Both the position numbers and the translations under genes were made by a program. Below the pieces are notes generated by a model that did not search any database, was not told where the DNA came from, and saw nothing but the letters and a program-made list of their open reading frames with translations. Shown here in pieces: positions 1 through 15,363 of a stretch of DNA of 64,000 nucleotides. Where the stretch lies: contig CAWGTL010000018.1 in assembly GCA_963825505.1 (NCBI GenBank), forward strand, positions 66,137 to 130,136, written 5' to 3'. How positions within the stretch are numbered: the stretch's first letter is position 1; the number at the start of each line of letters is the position of its first letter. The DNA is from an uncultured Actinomycetota bacterium. Lineage in GTDB: Bacteria > Actinomycetota > Actinomycetes > Actinomycetales > CAWJMD01.

Positions 1-83
1 TCAGCGCCCTGGCCAAGACCCCCGACGACCGGGCGGCGATCGGCGCCGCGTTGGCGGAGGTCGCAGCCGGGCGGGGGTCGTGA
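1..83 (+). CDS. 3' end of an upstream CDS entering the window (26 codons); function not assignable
   Basis: The open frame ...SALAKTPDDRAAIGAALAEVAAGRGS ends at TGA 81-83, 16 nt before the CoxE-like gene. Only context hints at identity: CoxE genes usually follow a MoxR/CoxD AAA ATPase. Confidence 0.3.
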   Translation, partial: SALAKTPDDRAAIGAALAEVAAGRGS

Positions 84-99
84 CGGGGCCGACCCAGCC

Positions 100-1335
100 A
101 TGACACCGCCGCCTGGGCGCACCGTCCTGCGCGGGGTGGACCGCGCGGTCTTCGCGGCGGCGCTGACCGCGCGGCTGCGGGCGGCAGGGGTCCCGGTGGG
201 GCTGACCGCCACCGAGGACCTGGTCCGGGCGCTGGCAGCCGTGCCGCCCCTGGACCGCGGCCGGCTCTACTGGGTGGCGCGCACCACCCTGGTGCGGCGC
301 CGGGAGGAGCTCGCGGCGTTCGACGACGTCTTCGGTGCGGTGTTCGCCGACGACCTCGTGCCGCTGACCGCGTCGGCACGCCGGGGGGCGGCGCCGGCAC
401 CGGCGGCCGACGACGCGCTGGCGCAGGTGCCGGGTGGCGACCACGACGAGGTGGCGGGCGGAGGGCTCCCGTGGGTGACGCTGCCGTCGGTGGTGGGCAC
501 GGGTGACGACGAGGGCGCCGACCTCCTCGTCCCGCTGCTGCGGGCCAGCGACCTCGAGCGGCTGTCCGACGTGCCGTTCGAGCAGCTCGCCCCCCACGAG
601 GTGGAGCAGCTCGGGCGCTGGCTCGCCGACGGGGTCCGGACCTGGCCGACCCGCCGGTCGCGCCGTCGCCGCCCTGGCCGCCCGGGTCACCAGGTGGCCC
701 TGCGCCGCACCCTGGCACGGGCGCGTCGGACCGGCTGGGAGGCGGTCGACGTCGTCAAGGTCAGCCCGGTGCCGCGGCGGCGCCGGGTGGTGGTGCTGTG
801 CGACGTGAGCCAGTCGGTGCAGGCTCAGGTCCCCGCCTTCTTGCAGCTCGCCCGGGCGCTGACCACCACCCTGGACGGTGAGGCGTTCGCGTTCGGCACC
901 GGTCTGACCCGGCTCACCCCGGTGCTGCGGAACGCGTCCGCCGCCCGAGCCGTCGAGCTCGTCACCGAGCAGGTGACCGACCGGTTCGGCGGGACCAGGA
1001 TCGCCTCGAGCCTGGAGGCGCTGCTCGCCTCGCACCACGCGGACGCCGTCCGCGGTGGCGTGGTGGTGATCGCCTCGGACGGGTGGGACAGCGAGCCGCC
1101 GGAACGGGTCGAGCGGGCGATGGCCCGGCTGCGGCGCCGGGCGCACCGAGTGGTGTGGGTGAACCCGCGCGCGGCGGCGCCCGGCTTCGCGCCGCTGGTC
1201 GGGACGATGGCGGCCGCGCTGCCCTACTGCGACGACCTGCTGCCGGCCGACGACTTCCGTTCTCTCGCCACGGTGATCGACGTCCTGTGCCGACCCCGGC
1301 GACCGGTGGGCGGCGTGCTCAGCTCCACAGGGTGA
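100..1335 (+). CDS. VWA domain-containing CoxE-like protein
   Basis: 411-aa track ORF with a CoxE-family N-terminal region and a C-terminal VWA domain carrying a MIDAS-like DxSxS motif (VVVLCDVSQSV). Confidence 0.8.
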   Translation: MTPPPGRTVLRGVDRAVFAAALTARLRAAGVPVGLTATEDLVRALAAVPPLDRGRLYWVARTTLVRRREELAAFDDVFGAVFADDLVPLTASARRGAAPAPAADDALAQVPGGDHDEVAGGGLPWVTLPSVVGTGDDEGADLLVPLLRASDLERLSDVPFEQLAPHEVEQLGRWLADGVRTWPTRRSRRRRPGRPGHQVALRRTLARARRTGWEAVDVVKVSPVPRRRRVVVLCDVSQSVQAQVPAFLQLARALTTTLDGEAFAFGTGLTRLTPVLRNASAARAVELVTEQVTDRFGGTRIASSLEALLASHHADAVRGGVVVIASDGWDSEPPERVERAMARLRRRAHRVVWVNPRAAAPGFAPLVGTMAAALPYCDDLLPADDFRSLATVIDVLCRPRRPVGGVLSSTG

Positions 1336-2272
1336 CGTGCACGGACGGTCTGAACCGGGTGATGTCGACACCGGTGCCCCGCAGCATCGCCTGCGTGGCA
1401 CGAGGCGTGGTGACGAACCGGCGCAGCTCCTCGACCGCCGGCGCCGGCGGGACCAGCGTCATCAGGCTCCACACCGAGTCGGCCCGCAGACCCGGGCCCT
1501 CCACCCGCACCAGGCGACCGCTGGCCACGTCGCGCGCGGCGACGAAGGACAGGCTGAGCGCCACCCCCTCGCCCCGGGCGGCCTGCTCCAGGGCGGCCGC
1601 CTCGCTCTGGAAGATCCGCTGCCGGTCCTCGGGGACGCGCAGGCGGTGCAGCATCGCGGCGACGGCCCCGGGGCCCCCGACGGCGCTCGGCCCGAGCAGC
1701 CAGGTCTGGTCCCGCAGCTGGCGCGCGGGGTCCGGGTGGGAGGCGAGGGGATGGCCCGGGCCGACCACGACGACCACCTGGTACTTCAGGAACGGCGTCG
1801 AGGAGATGACGCCGGGCTCGCTGGTCGGCAGCGGCGGCCCGATCGCGACGTCGGCCGAGCGGGAGGTGAGCAGCGCGGCGAACCGCCGTTGCGGGCTGAC
1901 GCTCAGCTCGACGTCGAGGTCGTCCGCCCGGCCGGTGAACAGCTCGATGAGCCCGGGTGCGGCGTGCTCGGCGAACAGGCTCGAGGCGGCGACCCGGAGC
2001 AGGCGCCGCCCGTTGGCGGCCTGACCGACCTCCAGGACGGTGCGGTCGGCGAGGCCGAGGATCTCCACCGCCCGGCTGGCCAGCCGCAGGCCGCCCGGCG
2101 TGAACGCGAGCCCCGCCGACGTGGGGACGAACAGCCGGTCGCCCAGCTCCTTGCGCAGCTGCGCGACGTGCAGCGAGACCGCGGCGTCGGACACGCCGAG
2201 CTCGGCCCCCGCAGCCTTCACCGAGCCGCAGCGGGCCACGGCCGAGAAGGCGCGGAGCTGGGCGGGCGTCAC
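1319..2272 (-). CDS. LysR-family transcriptional regulator
   Basis: 317-aa ORF with a GTG start. It has an N-terminal wHTH (LRAFSAVARCGSVKAAGAELGVSDAAVSLHVAQLRKELG) and a LysR substrate-binding region. Confidence 0.85.
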   Translation of the reverse strand: MTPAQLRAFSAVARCGSVKAAGAELGVSDAAVSLHVAQLRKELGDRLFVPTSAGLAFTPGGLRLASRAVEILGLADRTVLEVGQAANGRRLLRVAASSLFAEHAAPGLIELFTGRADDLDVELSVSPQRRFAALLTSRSADVAIGPPLPTSEPGVISSTPFLKYQVVVVVGPGHPLASHPDPARQLRDQTWLLGPSAVGGPGAVAAMLHRLRVPEDRQRIFQSEAAALEQAARGEGVALSLSFVAARDVASGRLVRVEGPGLRADSVWSLMTLVPPAPAVEELRRFVTTPRATQAMLRGTGVDITRFRPSVHVTLWS

Positions 2273-2322
2273 CTCCGCACGCTAGCCCAGCCGCGACCGT
2301 CGCGGACCCGGCTCCGCGAGGC

Positions 2323-3777
2323 TCAGCCCGCGACCTCGGTGAGGTCGCCCGACCACAGGGTGTGGAACGCGCCCTCGCCGTCGATCCGTCCGTAGGTGTG
2401 CGCGCCGAACAGGTCACGCAGACCCTGGATCAGCGACGCCGGCAGCCGCTCCGAGCGCACCGTGTCGTAGTACGCCAGCGCGGCGCTGAATCCCGGCACC
2501 GGGACGCCGGCGCCGACCGCCAGCGCGACGACGCGCCGCCACGCGTCCTGCGAGCGGCCGAGGTCCTCGGCCAGCCCGGGGTCTGCGAGCAGGGTGGGCG
2601 GCGGGTCGCCGGCGTAGGCCTGCCGGATCCGCTCGAGCAACCGGGCGCGGATGATGCAGCCGCCGCGCCAGATCCGCGCGATCTCGGCGACGTCGACGTC
2701 CCACCCGTAGGTCCTGCTCGCCTCGCGGATCTGGTCCAGACCCTGGGCGTACGCCACGACCTTGGAGGCCCACAGCGCGGCCCGGACGTCGTCCACCAGC
2801 CGGGCCGGGTCGCCGGCGTCGAGGGAGCGGTCGGGCCCCGTGAGGGCGGCGCGGGCGGCGTCGCGCAGGTCGGTGTGGCCCGAGGTCGACCGGGCGAACA
2901 CCGACTCCGCGATGGTGTTGACCGGGACGCCGAGCTCGAGCGCGATCTGCACCGTCCAGCGACCGGTGCCCTTCTGCTCGGCGCGGTCCGCGATCACGTC
3001 GACCAGCGGCCGGCCGGTGCGGGCGTCGACCTGGTCGAGCACCCGCGCGGTGATCTCGATGAGGAACGAGTCGAGGTCGCCCTCGTTCCAGTCGCGGAAC
3101 ACGTCCGCGATCTCGGTCGCCTCGAGCCCGGCGGCCCGGAGCAGGTCGTACGACTCCGCGATCAGCTGCATGTCGGCGTACTCGATGCCGTTGTGCACCA
3201 TCTTGACGAAGTGCCCGGCGCCGTCCGGCCCGACGTGCGTGCAGCACGGCTCGCCGTCGACCTGCGCCGAGATCGACTCCAGCAGCGGGCCGAGCGACTC
3301 GTACGACTCCTTCGAGCCGCCGGGCATGATGCTCGGGCCGTTGAGCGCGCCCTCCTCGCCACCGGACACGCCGGCGCCGACGAAGTGGAGCCCCTTCTCC
3401 CGCAACGCCTTCTCCCGACGACGGGTGTCCTCGTAGTGGGCGTTGCCGCCGTCGACGACGATGTCGCCCTCGTCGAGCAGGGGCACCAGCTCGTCGATCA
3501 CGGCGTCGGTGCCTGCGCCGGCCTTGACCATCACCAGCACGCGGCGCGGACGCTCCAGGCTGGCGACGAAGTCCTCGAGCCGCTCGGACGGGACGAACGT
3601 CCCCTCCGAGCCGTGCTCGGCGACCAGCGCCTCGGTCTTCGCCGTGGTCCGGTTGTAGAGGGCGACGGTGTGGCCGTTGCGGGCCAGGTTGCGGGCCAGG
3701 TTCGCCCCCATCACGGCCAGGCCGGCGACGCCGATCTGGGCGGTGCCGGTGCGATCGGTGCTCGCTGCGTCGGTCAT
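2323..3777 (-). CDS. gnd: NADP-dependent decarboxylating 6-phosphogluconate dehydrogenase
   Basis: Full-length 6PGDH-like sequence with a Rossmann motif (IGVAGLAVMGANLARNL). I moved the start to ATG 3777 (MTDAAS...), because the 27 extra upstream codons in track ORF 2323..3858 have no support. Confidence 0.9.
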   Translation of the reverse strand: MTDAASTDRTGTAQIGVAGLAVMGANLARNLARNGHTVALYNRTTAKTEALVAEHGSEGTFVPSERLEDFVASLERPRRVLVMVKAGAGTDAVIDELVPLLDEGDIVVDGGNAHYEDTRRREKALREKGLHFVGAGVSGGEEGALNGPSIMPGGSKESYESLGPLLESISAQVDGEPCCTHVGPDGAGHFVKMVHNGIEYADMQLIAESYDLLRAAGLEATEIADVFRDWNEGDLDSFLIEITARVLDQVDARTGRPLVDVIADRAEQKGTGRWTVQIALELGVPVNTIAESVFARSTSGHTDLRDAARAALTGPDRSLDAGDPARLVDDVRAALWASKVVAYAQGLDQIREASRTYGWDVDVAEIARIWRGGCIIRARLLERIRQAYAGDPPPTLLADPGLAEDLGRSQDAWRRVVALAVGAGVPVPGFSAALAYYDTVRSERLPASLIQGLRDLFGAHTYGRIDGEGAFHTLWSGDLTEVAG

Positions 3778-3921
3778 GGCCACAGTCTCATCCCTCCCGG
3801 AGGCGTTGACGAGGACGATCTCCGCTTGACAGCCGTCCTCCGGTGCCGTGGACTCCACCGAACCCGGACCGATCGGCCGGAACGGGACGACGACGACGAA
3901 GTCGGGCTGGGGGTGGTTCGC

Positions 3922-4895
3922 GTGAGCGCGTCCGCGCCGGTGACCGCCGTCCCGACCTCCGAGCCGTCCGCGCCGGGTCGACGTCCGACGCGCGGACCGG
4001 GGTCGCGCCGCCAGACGTTCCTCGGCCTCGACCGCGACGGCCTGCTGCTCGCGCTGCCGGCCCTCGTGCCCGTGCTGGTGTTCAGCGTCTACCCGCTGGT
4101 CAACGGGATCCTGCTCGGCTTCACCGACGCCCGCGCGGGGCGCAACGTCGAGACCAGCGTCACGTGGTTCCAGAACTACGCGGACCTGATGGGCGACAGC
4201 TACTTCTGGCAGTCGTTCCGGGTCGGGCTGGTGTGGGCGTTCGCCGTCACGATCCTGCAGTTCGTCGCCAGCCTCGGGTCTGGCGCTGCTGCTCGAACGA
4301 GCGGCTCCGGCTGCGCTGGCTCGCGCGGACGCTCGCGCTGGTGCCGTGGGCGATGCCGCCGGTGGTCATCGGCATCATGTGGCGGCTCGTCTACCACCCG
4401 AACGCGGGCATCCTCAACGCGTCGCTGCGCGACCTCGGGATCCTCGACTCCAACATCGACTGGCTCGCCTCGTTCTCGCTCGCCCTGCCGGCCGTGATCG
4501 TCGTGGGCGTCTGGGCCGGGATGCCGCAGACCACGGTGGTGCTGCTGGCCGCGCTGCAGTCGGTGCCGCAGGAGCTGCACGAGGCGGCCGCGGTCGACGG
4601 TGCCGGGCGCTGGCGCCGGTTCCGCGCGGTCACCTGGACCCACATCGCACCGGTGGTCGCGGCGATGACGACGCTCGACTTCGTCTGGAACTTCAACTCG
4701 TTCGGCCTGGTCTACGTGCTCACGCAGGGCGGGCCGGGCGGGACGACACGGCTGCCGCTGCTGTTCGCGTACGAGGAGGCGTTCCGCTACGGCAACTACG
4801 GGTACGCGGCCGCGCTGGGCAACGTGATGGTGCTCGTCATCGCGGCGTTCGTCGCGGTCTGGCTGCGCCGCCGGATGCGGGAGGTGGACGAGTGA
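3922..4895 (+). pseudogene. Carbohydrate ABC transporter permease (MalF/UgpA-like), read through two closely spaced frame changes
   Basis: The N-terminal half (GTG 3922, ...LVFSVYPLVNGILLGF...) lies in the frame of track ORF 2362..4497. The C-terminal half, with the EAA loop (ELHEAAAVDGAGRWRRFRAVT), lies in ORF 3843..4895. Extra bases are apparent near 4279 and 4295. Confidence 0.75.
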
Positions 4896-5725
4896 GGACC
4901 AGCCCCGCCGTCCGCACCGGCCAGTACGCGGCCCTGCTGCTGTACCTGGCCTTCCTCGCCCTGCCGCTGCTGTGGCTGGTGTCGACGGCGCTGAAGACGC
5001 CGCCGGAGATCGCGCGGATCGACCCGACGGTGATCCCGCTCGAGCCGACGCTGCAGAACTTCGCGGACGCGTTCCGCGAGCAGCCGATCCTGCGCTCGAT
5101 GTCCAACAGCCTGGTCGTCGCGGGGACGAGCTCGCTGGTGACCGTGGTGCTGTCGGTGCCGGCGGCGTACGTGATGGCGCGCTACCGCTCCGTGGTGAGC
5201 CGGGCGGCGATGGTCTGGGTGCTGCTCAGCCAGATCTTCCCGTTCATCCTCGTGATCATCCCGCTGTTCCTGCTCGTTCGGGACGCGGGTCTGTACGACA
5301 CCCACCTCGGGCTCGTCCTGGTCTACGTCGTGTGGTCGATGCCGTTCGCGCTGTGGATGCTGCGCTCCTACGTGGCGTCGATCCCGGTGGAGCTGGAGGA
5401 GGCCGCGGCGATGGACGGCGCGTCGCGCTGGCGGACCCTGCGCTCGGTGCTGGCGCCGCTGCTCGCGCCCGGCATCGTCGCTGCGGCGATGTTCACGTTC
5501 GTCAACGCCTGGAACGAGTTCTTCTTCGCGCTGGTGCTCCTCAAGGACCCCGACCTCGCGACCCTGTCGCTCACCCTGGTCAAGTTCATCGGCGCCGAGG
5601 GCGTGGCCAAGCTCGGGCCGCTCGCCGCCGCCTCGCTGGTGGCGACCGTCCCCAGCCTGGTGTTCTTCGCCCTCGTCCAGCGCCGCCTCGTCAGCGGCCT
5701 GCTCGGCGGGGCGGTCAAGGCGTGA
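4892..5725 (+). CDS. Carbohydrate ABC transporter permease (MalG/UgpE-like)
   Basis: GTG 4892 overlaps the upstream stop (GTGA). The protein has six TM-like segments and an EAA motif (LEEAAAMDGASRWRTLRSV). It is the C-terminal part of track ORF 4346..5725. Confidence 0.85.
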   Translation: MRTSPAVRTGQYAALLLYLAFLALPLLWLVSTALKTPPEIARIDPTVIPLEPTLQNFADAFREQPILRSMSNSLVVAGTSSLVTVVLSVPAAYVMARYRSVVSRAAMVWVLLSQIFPFILVIIPLFLLVRDAGLYDTHLGLVLVYVVWSMPFALWMLRSYVASIPVELEEAAAMDGASRWRTLRSVLAPLLAPGIVAAAMFTFVNAWNEFFFALVLLKDPDLATLSLTLVKFIGAEGVAKLGPLAAASLVATVPSLVFFALVQRRLVSGLLGGAVKA

Positions 5726-5792
5726 CCGCCCACGACCCGCGCCAGCCGCACCCGACCCGTCCACGAGACGTCCACCCCCGCAGGAGGAACCG

Positions 5793-7106
5793 ATGAGAAC
5801 CCGTCGAACGTCCGCCGTCGTCGCCGTCCTGGCGACCGCCGCACTCCTCGTCACCGGCTGCGCCCGCGGTGACTCCTCCGGCAACCCGGACGACGAGGCC
5901 CCCCGCGAGGGCGAGAGCATCAACCTGACGTTCCAGAGCCTGGCGTTCCAGACCGACGCGGTCGCGTCGACCAAGGAGATCGTCGACTCCTGGAACGCCG
6001 AGAACCCCGACGTGCAGGTCGAGCTGGTCCAGGGGGACTGGGCGTCGGTGAACGACCAGCTGCTCACCTCGTTCGAGGGCGGCACGGCGCCGGACGTCTT
6101 CCACTACGAGTCGGGGCCGCTGCGCGACTTCAACGAGCGTGGCTCGCTGCTCGACCTGGACGAGTACCTCTCGGACGAGATCAGGGGCGACATCCGCGAG
6201 GGCGCCTGGGACACCGTCACCTACGACGACGCCGTCACCGGCGTGCCGTTCCTGCAGGAGTCGCAGGTGATCTTCGCCAACAAGACCCTGTTCGACGCCG
6301 CCGGCGTGGAGCTCCCCACGATCGACGACCCGTGGACCTGGGACGAGTTCGCCGACGTGACCGAGCAGCTGACCGAGAACGGGCAGTACGGCACCGCCTT
6401 CCCGCTGAAGTCGCCGGCGAACCGCATCCTCAACCTCGGCATGGGCTACGACGCGGCGTACTTCGAGACCGAGGACGGCGTGTCGACGGCCGTCTTCGAC
6501 GACGCCGAAGGCGCTGTGCCGCAGCGGATCCACGACATGATCTGGACGGACAAGACGGCCTCGCCGGAGGCGGTCGGGCTGTCGTCGGCCGACGCCCTGC
6601 CCGGCTTCTTCGCCGGCCAGTACGCGACGCTCCCCGGCGCGATCTGGGTGCGCCAGCAGATCCAGGAGCAGGCACCGGACGGCTTCGAGTGGGTGACGCT
6701 GCCGCCGCTCGAGGGCACCAGCCAGACCCAGGGCGCCGTCTCGCAGACGCTGTCGGTGTCCGCCGACACCGAGCACCCCGAGGAGGCGGTGGCGTTCGTC
6801 GAGTACATGCTGAACGCCGAGAACCAGGCGAAGCTGGCCGCCGGCGACTGGCTGCTGCCGACGAGCAAGGAGGCCGTGGAGGCGCCCGAGCTGAACACGC
6901 CCGAGCTGGGCTGGGACGTCGCGGCCTCGACGGCCGACGACCTGGAGATGGCGCCGTTCCAGCAGGTGAAGGGCTTCGAGGAGTGGAAGTCCAAGGTCGC
7001 CAACCCGGCGATGCAGGAGTACTTCGCGAACCAGATCTCGCTGGAGGACCTCGGCACCCGGCTCACCGGTGAGGGCCAGGACATCCTGGACCGCTACAAC
7101 CGGTAG
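5793..7106 (+). CDS. ABC transporter extracellular sugar-binding lipoprotein
   Basis: 437-aa ORF with RBS caggagga upstream, a lipobox signal peptide (LLVTGC) and a family-1 solute-binding-protein-like sequence. Confidence 0.85.
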   Translation: MRTRRTSAVVAVLATAALLVTGCARGDSSGNPDDEAPREGESINLTFQSLAFQTDAVASTKEIVDSWNAENPDVQVELVQGDWASVNDQLLTSFEGGTAPDVFHYESGPLRDFNERGSLLDLDEYLSDEIRGDIREGAWDTVTYDDAVTGVPFLQESQVIFANKTLFDAAGVELPTIDDPWTWDEFADVTEQLTENGQYGTAFPLKSPANRILNLGMGYDAAYFETEDGVSTAVFDDAEGAVPQRIHDMIWTDKTASPEAVGLSSADALPGFFAGQYATLPGAIWVRQQIQEQAPDGFEWVTLPPLEGTSQTQGAVSQTLSVSADTEHPEEAVAFVEYMLNAENQAKLAAGDWLLPTSKEAVEAPELNTPELGWDVAASTADDLEMAPFQQVKGFEEWKSKVANPAMQEYFANQISLEDLGTRLTGEGQDILDRYNR

Positions 7107-7206
7107 GCGCCCTCGCCGCCCCCCTCCATCACGCCGAGCGAGAACGAGGCGCGAGACGTGCCGGCGCGTCGCGCGCCCCGTTCACGCTCGAGGCGGGAGG
7201 GGCCCG

Positions 7207-7925
7207 TCAGGCAGGGTCGGACGCGTGCACGACGGCGCGGTCGACCACGTCGGCCATCGCGGTGTAGCCGCGGTCGTTCGGGTGGAACCAGTCGGGCGCG
7301 AGCAGGCCGACCCAGGTGGCCGGTCCGTCGCGCCGGAAGTCGGCCAGAGCGAGCGCTGCCGTCGGCCGCGCGGCGGCGGATCTCCGCGTCCATCTGCCGC
7401 ACCTCGCGCTGCGGGTTGGGCAGGTTGCCCACGACCGCAGCCCGCCGGCAGGGCGTCGAGCAGGGTGGTGAACCGCTCGACCGCGTGCTCGCGCAGCCGC
7501 CGGTTCACGATGTCGTTCGAGCCGACGAGCACGGTGACCAGCTCGGCCCGGTGCCCCAGAGCGGCCAGCCGCTCGAGGGCAGGCAGCTGCCGGTCGAGCA
7601 CGTCGTCGACCCGAGCGCCGGTGACCGCCAGGTTCACGAGCCGGTAGGCGTGGCCCTGCGCCGCCCAGCGGCCGCGCAGCTGGCCGACCCACCCCCGCTG
7701 GGGATCCGACGCGCCGATGCCCTGCGTCATCGAGTCGCCGATCGCGACCCAGAGCGGGCCGTCCTGCCGGAGCGCTTCGTCGTTCGCCTCGCGCCACGCG
7801 GCGGCGAACGGCTCGACCTGCCGCTGCACCGACCGCACCCCCGGCAGGACCCGCGACATCGCCCGCAGCACCGGCCCGGTCGGCCGCGGGCTGGTGTTGT
7901 CGTAGGTGAGGTCGCGACGGTCCAC
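7207..7925 (-). pseudogene. SGNH/GDSL hydrolase, read through two frame changes
   Basis: Block I is VAIGDSMTQG and block III is LVGSNDI, both in ORF 7182..7925. The middle part (VVGNLPNPQREVRQMDAEI) lies in ORF 7094..7432. The C-terminus with block V (DWFHPNDRGY...ASDPA*) lies in ORF 7207..8121. The shifts are near 7436 and 7357. Confidence 0.7.
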
Positions 7926-8017
7926 GCCTCCAGGATGCGGTGGCGCCCGGACCCGCGTCCCGCCGACCCGGCGAAGTCACCTGCCGGGCGGCGCGGCGCC
8001 CGCGTACCGTCCCGGGG

Positions 8018-8497
8018 GTGGACGACCTCGAGCTGCGACCGTTCCTGCCCGACCAGGCCGAGCTGGTGTCGTCGTGGGCACCCACCGAGCGCGAGGTCTG
8101 GACCTGGGTGTCGCGCCGCACCGTGCCCGTGCCGCCCGACGCGATCCGCGGCTGGGCCGCCGAGGAGGGGTCGCTGACCTACCTCGTGCACGAGGGCGAC
8201 GAGCCGGTCGCCTTCGGCCAGATCTGGCTCGACGACGACGAGGAGGACGCCGAGCTCGCGCGGCTGCTGGTCGCCCCCGACCACCGCGGTCGCGGCGTCG
8301 GACGGCGGATGGTGGCGGCGATGACCGAGGTGGCCCGGCAGCACAAGGCGCACGTCGCCATGCGGGTCGCGCCCGGCAACGAGTCTGCGCTGCGCGCGTA
8401 CGCCGCCGCCGGCTTCGAGCGCGTGGACCCGGCCACCGAGAAGGAGTGGAACGAGGGCCAGCCGGTCGACTTCGTCTGGCTCCGCGACCGGGCATGA
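8018..8497 (+). CDS. GNAT-family N-acetyltransferase
   Basis: Acetyl-CoA binding motif (RLLVAPDHRGRGVGRRMV). The likely start is GTG 8018 (VDDLELRPF...) inside track ORF 7940..8497. Confidence 0.8.
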   Translation: MDDLELRPFLPDQAELVSSWAPTEREVWTWVSRRTVPVPPDAIRGWAAEEGSLTYLVHEGDEPVAFGQIWLDDDEEDAELARLLVAPDHRGRGVGRRMVAAMTEVARQHKAHVAMRVAPGNESALRAYAAAGFERVDPATEKEWNEGQPVDFVWLRDRA

Positions 8498-8752
8498 GCG
8501 GCAGGCCCCTCGACACCGTCGAGTCGGTGCGCGCCGAGGTCCGCCGTGTCGACGCCGCGTGGCCGAAGGAGGTCACCGCGTCGACGACGACCGTCGCACT
8601 CCGCGAGTCGGGAGTCGTGGGGCGAGGGCACCAGCAGGCGCCCGCGCCCGGTCTCGCGCCGCCAGCACCGGCGCGGCGTACCTACTCGCCAGTACCCACG
8701 CGAGCCCCGCGCGGAATGGGATCAGGGGCGCGGGATCACTAGGTTGTGAGCC

Positions 8753-14328
<5,576 letters not shown>

Positions 14329-14375
14329 CGGCGGGCACGGCTCAGGAGCCGCCGCACGGTGCCGATGGGGTACGT

Positions 14376-15252
14376 GTGATCCGTCGCGCCACCGCCCGTC
14401 GTGCCGCCGCCGGGTTCGTCTGCGCGCTCGCGCTCGGTGGGTGCGCCTTCGTCGTCCAGGACATCACCCCGACCGGTCCGGCGGTGCCGTCACCGACGGG
14501 ACGACGGTGGCTCCGGTGCCGTCGTCCACGGAGACCTCCTCGCCGTTCGAGGTGCCGACCTACGAGCCGTCGTTCGACGACGCCGGGCGTCCCTACGACG
14601 CCCCCGTCGAGGCCGACGTCGTGGTGCGGACCGAACGGATCGGAGCCCTCGACCTGCACGGGCAGCCCTGGTCCTCGACGGCGGCGAGTACTACCTGGGC
14701 ACGTCGTCCCGACCGCCCGTCGCGCTCGGAGGTGCCGACGTGGCGGACGTGGAGCTCGTCCTCGCCGGGCCGGCACGGGCGCGGTCGTCGGTCGCCGGTG
14801 TCGTCATCCGCGTCCCGGGCTCGACGGTCCACCGCTGGTCGGCCTTCGAGGACGGCTACCTCACCGACGGCGGCATGGGCGGCGTCTGGGTGCAGGACGC
14901 CGTCGGCGTGTCCGACGGGTCGCAGGAGCACGGGGGGCACCCGCTCGCGGACGCACCGCTCCAGCGCCTGTTCGGAGGCGCCGACTGGGACCTCACCGAC
15001 ACCGACGACGACGCGGCCGCGGAGGGCCTGCTGTTCGGCAACGGCTCTGGCGACGGCGTGTTCCCGGCGGTCCGCGGCTTCGACGCCGGCGGCCGGGTCG
15101 TGGCGGTCGCGATCTGGCACCTGTGGCTGCCGTGGCGGGTCGGGGTCCCGGAGGGCACGCCGCCGCCTGACGTGACGGCGCACGAGGACGCCATCGCGGC
15201 CTGCCTCGCGCGCGGCGGGTCCGTGCGCGTCGACGACACCTGCACCCGCTGA
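14376..15252 (+). pseudogene. Lipoprotein, tentatively DUF4241-like, read through two frame changes
   Basis: GTG 14376 is followed by a lipobox (FVCALALGGC) in frame 3. The middle part (TDGTTVAPVPSS...LDLHGQPW) is in frame 2. The C-terminal part (LVLDGGEYYLG...GNGSGDGVFPAVRGFDAGGRVVAVAI...) is in ORF 14401..15252. The shifts are near 14490 and 14668. Confidence 0.55.
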
Positions 15253-15281
15253 GTTGTCACCATCAGGTCAGGCGCCAGTCT

Positions 15282-15319
15282 GTTCTGACAGCCGGAACGG
15301 GCAAGCCGGCTGTCAGAAC
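15282..15319. terminator. Perfect 14-bp-stem hairpin between convergent genes (candidate bidirectional terminator)
   Basis: GTTCTGACAGCCGG (15282-15295) pairs with CCGGCTGTCAGAAC (15306-15319) across a 10-nt loop. It lies between the stop at 15252 (+) and the stop at 15364 (-). Confidence 0.5.
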
Positions 15320-15363
15320 GAGAACGACGTCCGCGCGGGTGTGGTTCTGACAGACGGGTCGTC

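Noticed and set aside
3922-7106. Absence of an ATPase gene in both sugar ABC loci (3922-7106 and 37127-40493), considered as a sign of degraded transporters.
   Set aside because: Actinobacterial CUT1 sugar transporters commonly share a separately encoded MsiK-type ATPase, so the absence is expected.
8494-8742. An 82-codon ORF (MSGRPLDTVESVRAEVRRVDAAW...) whose ATG overlaps the GNAT stop (ATGA).
   Set aside because: The ATGA coupling is suggestive. However, the second half of the translation is Pro/Arg/Ala-rich and the region is open in several frames. There is no recognisable family, and it might be a fragment of a frameshifted gene. The evidence is not enough to call it.
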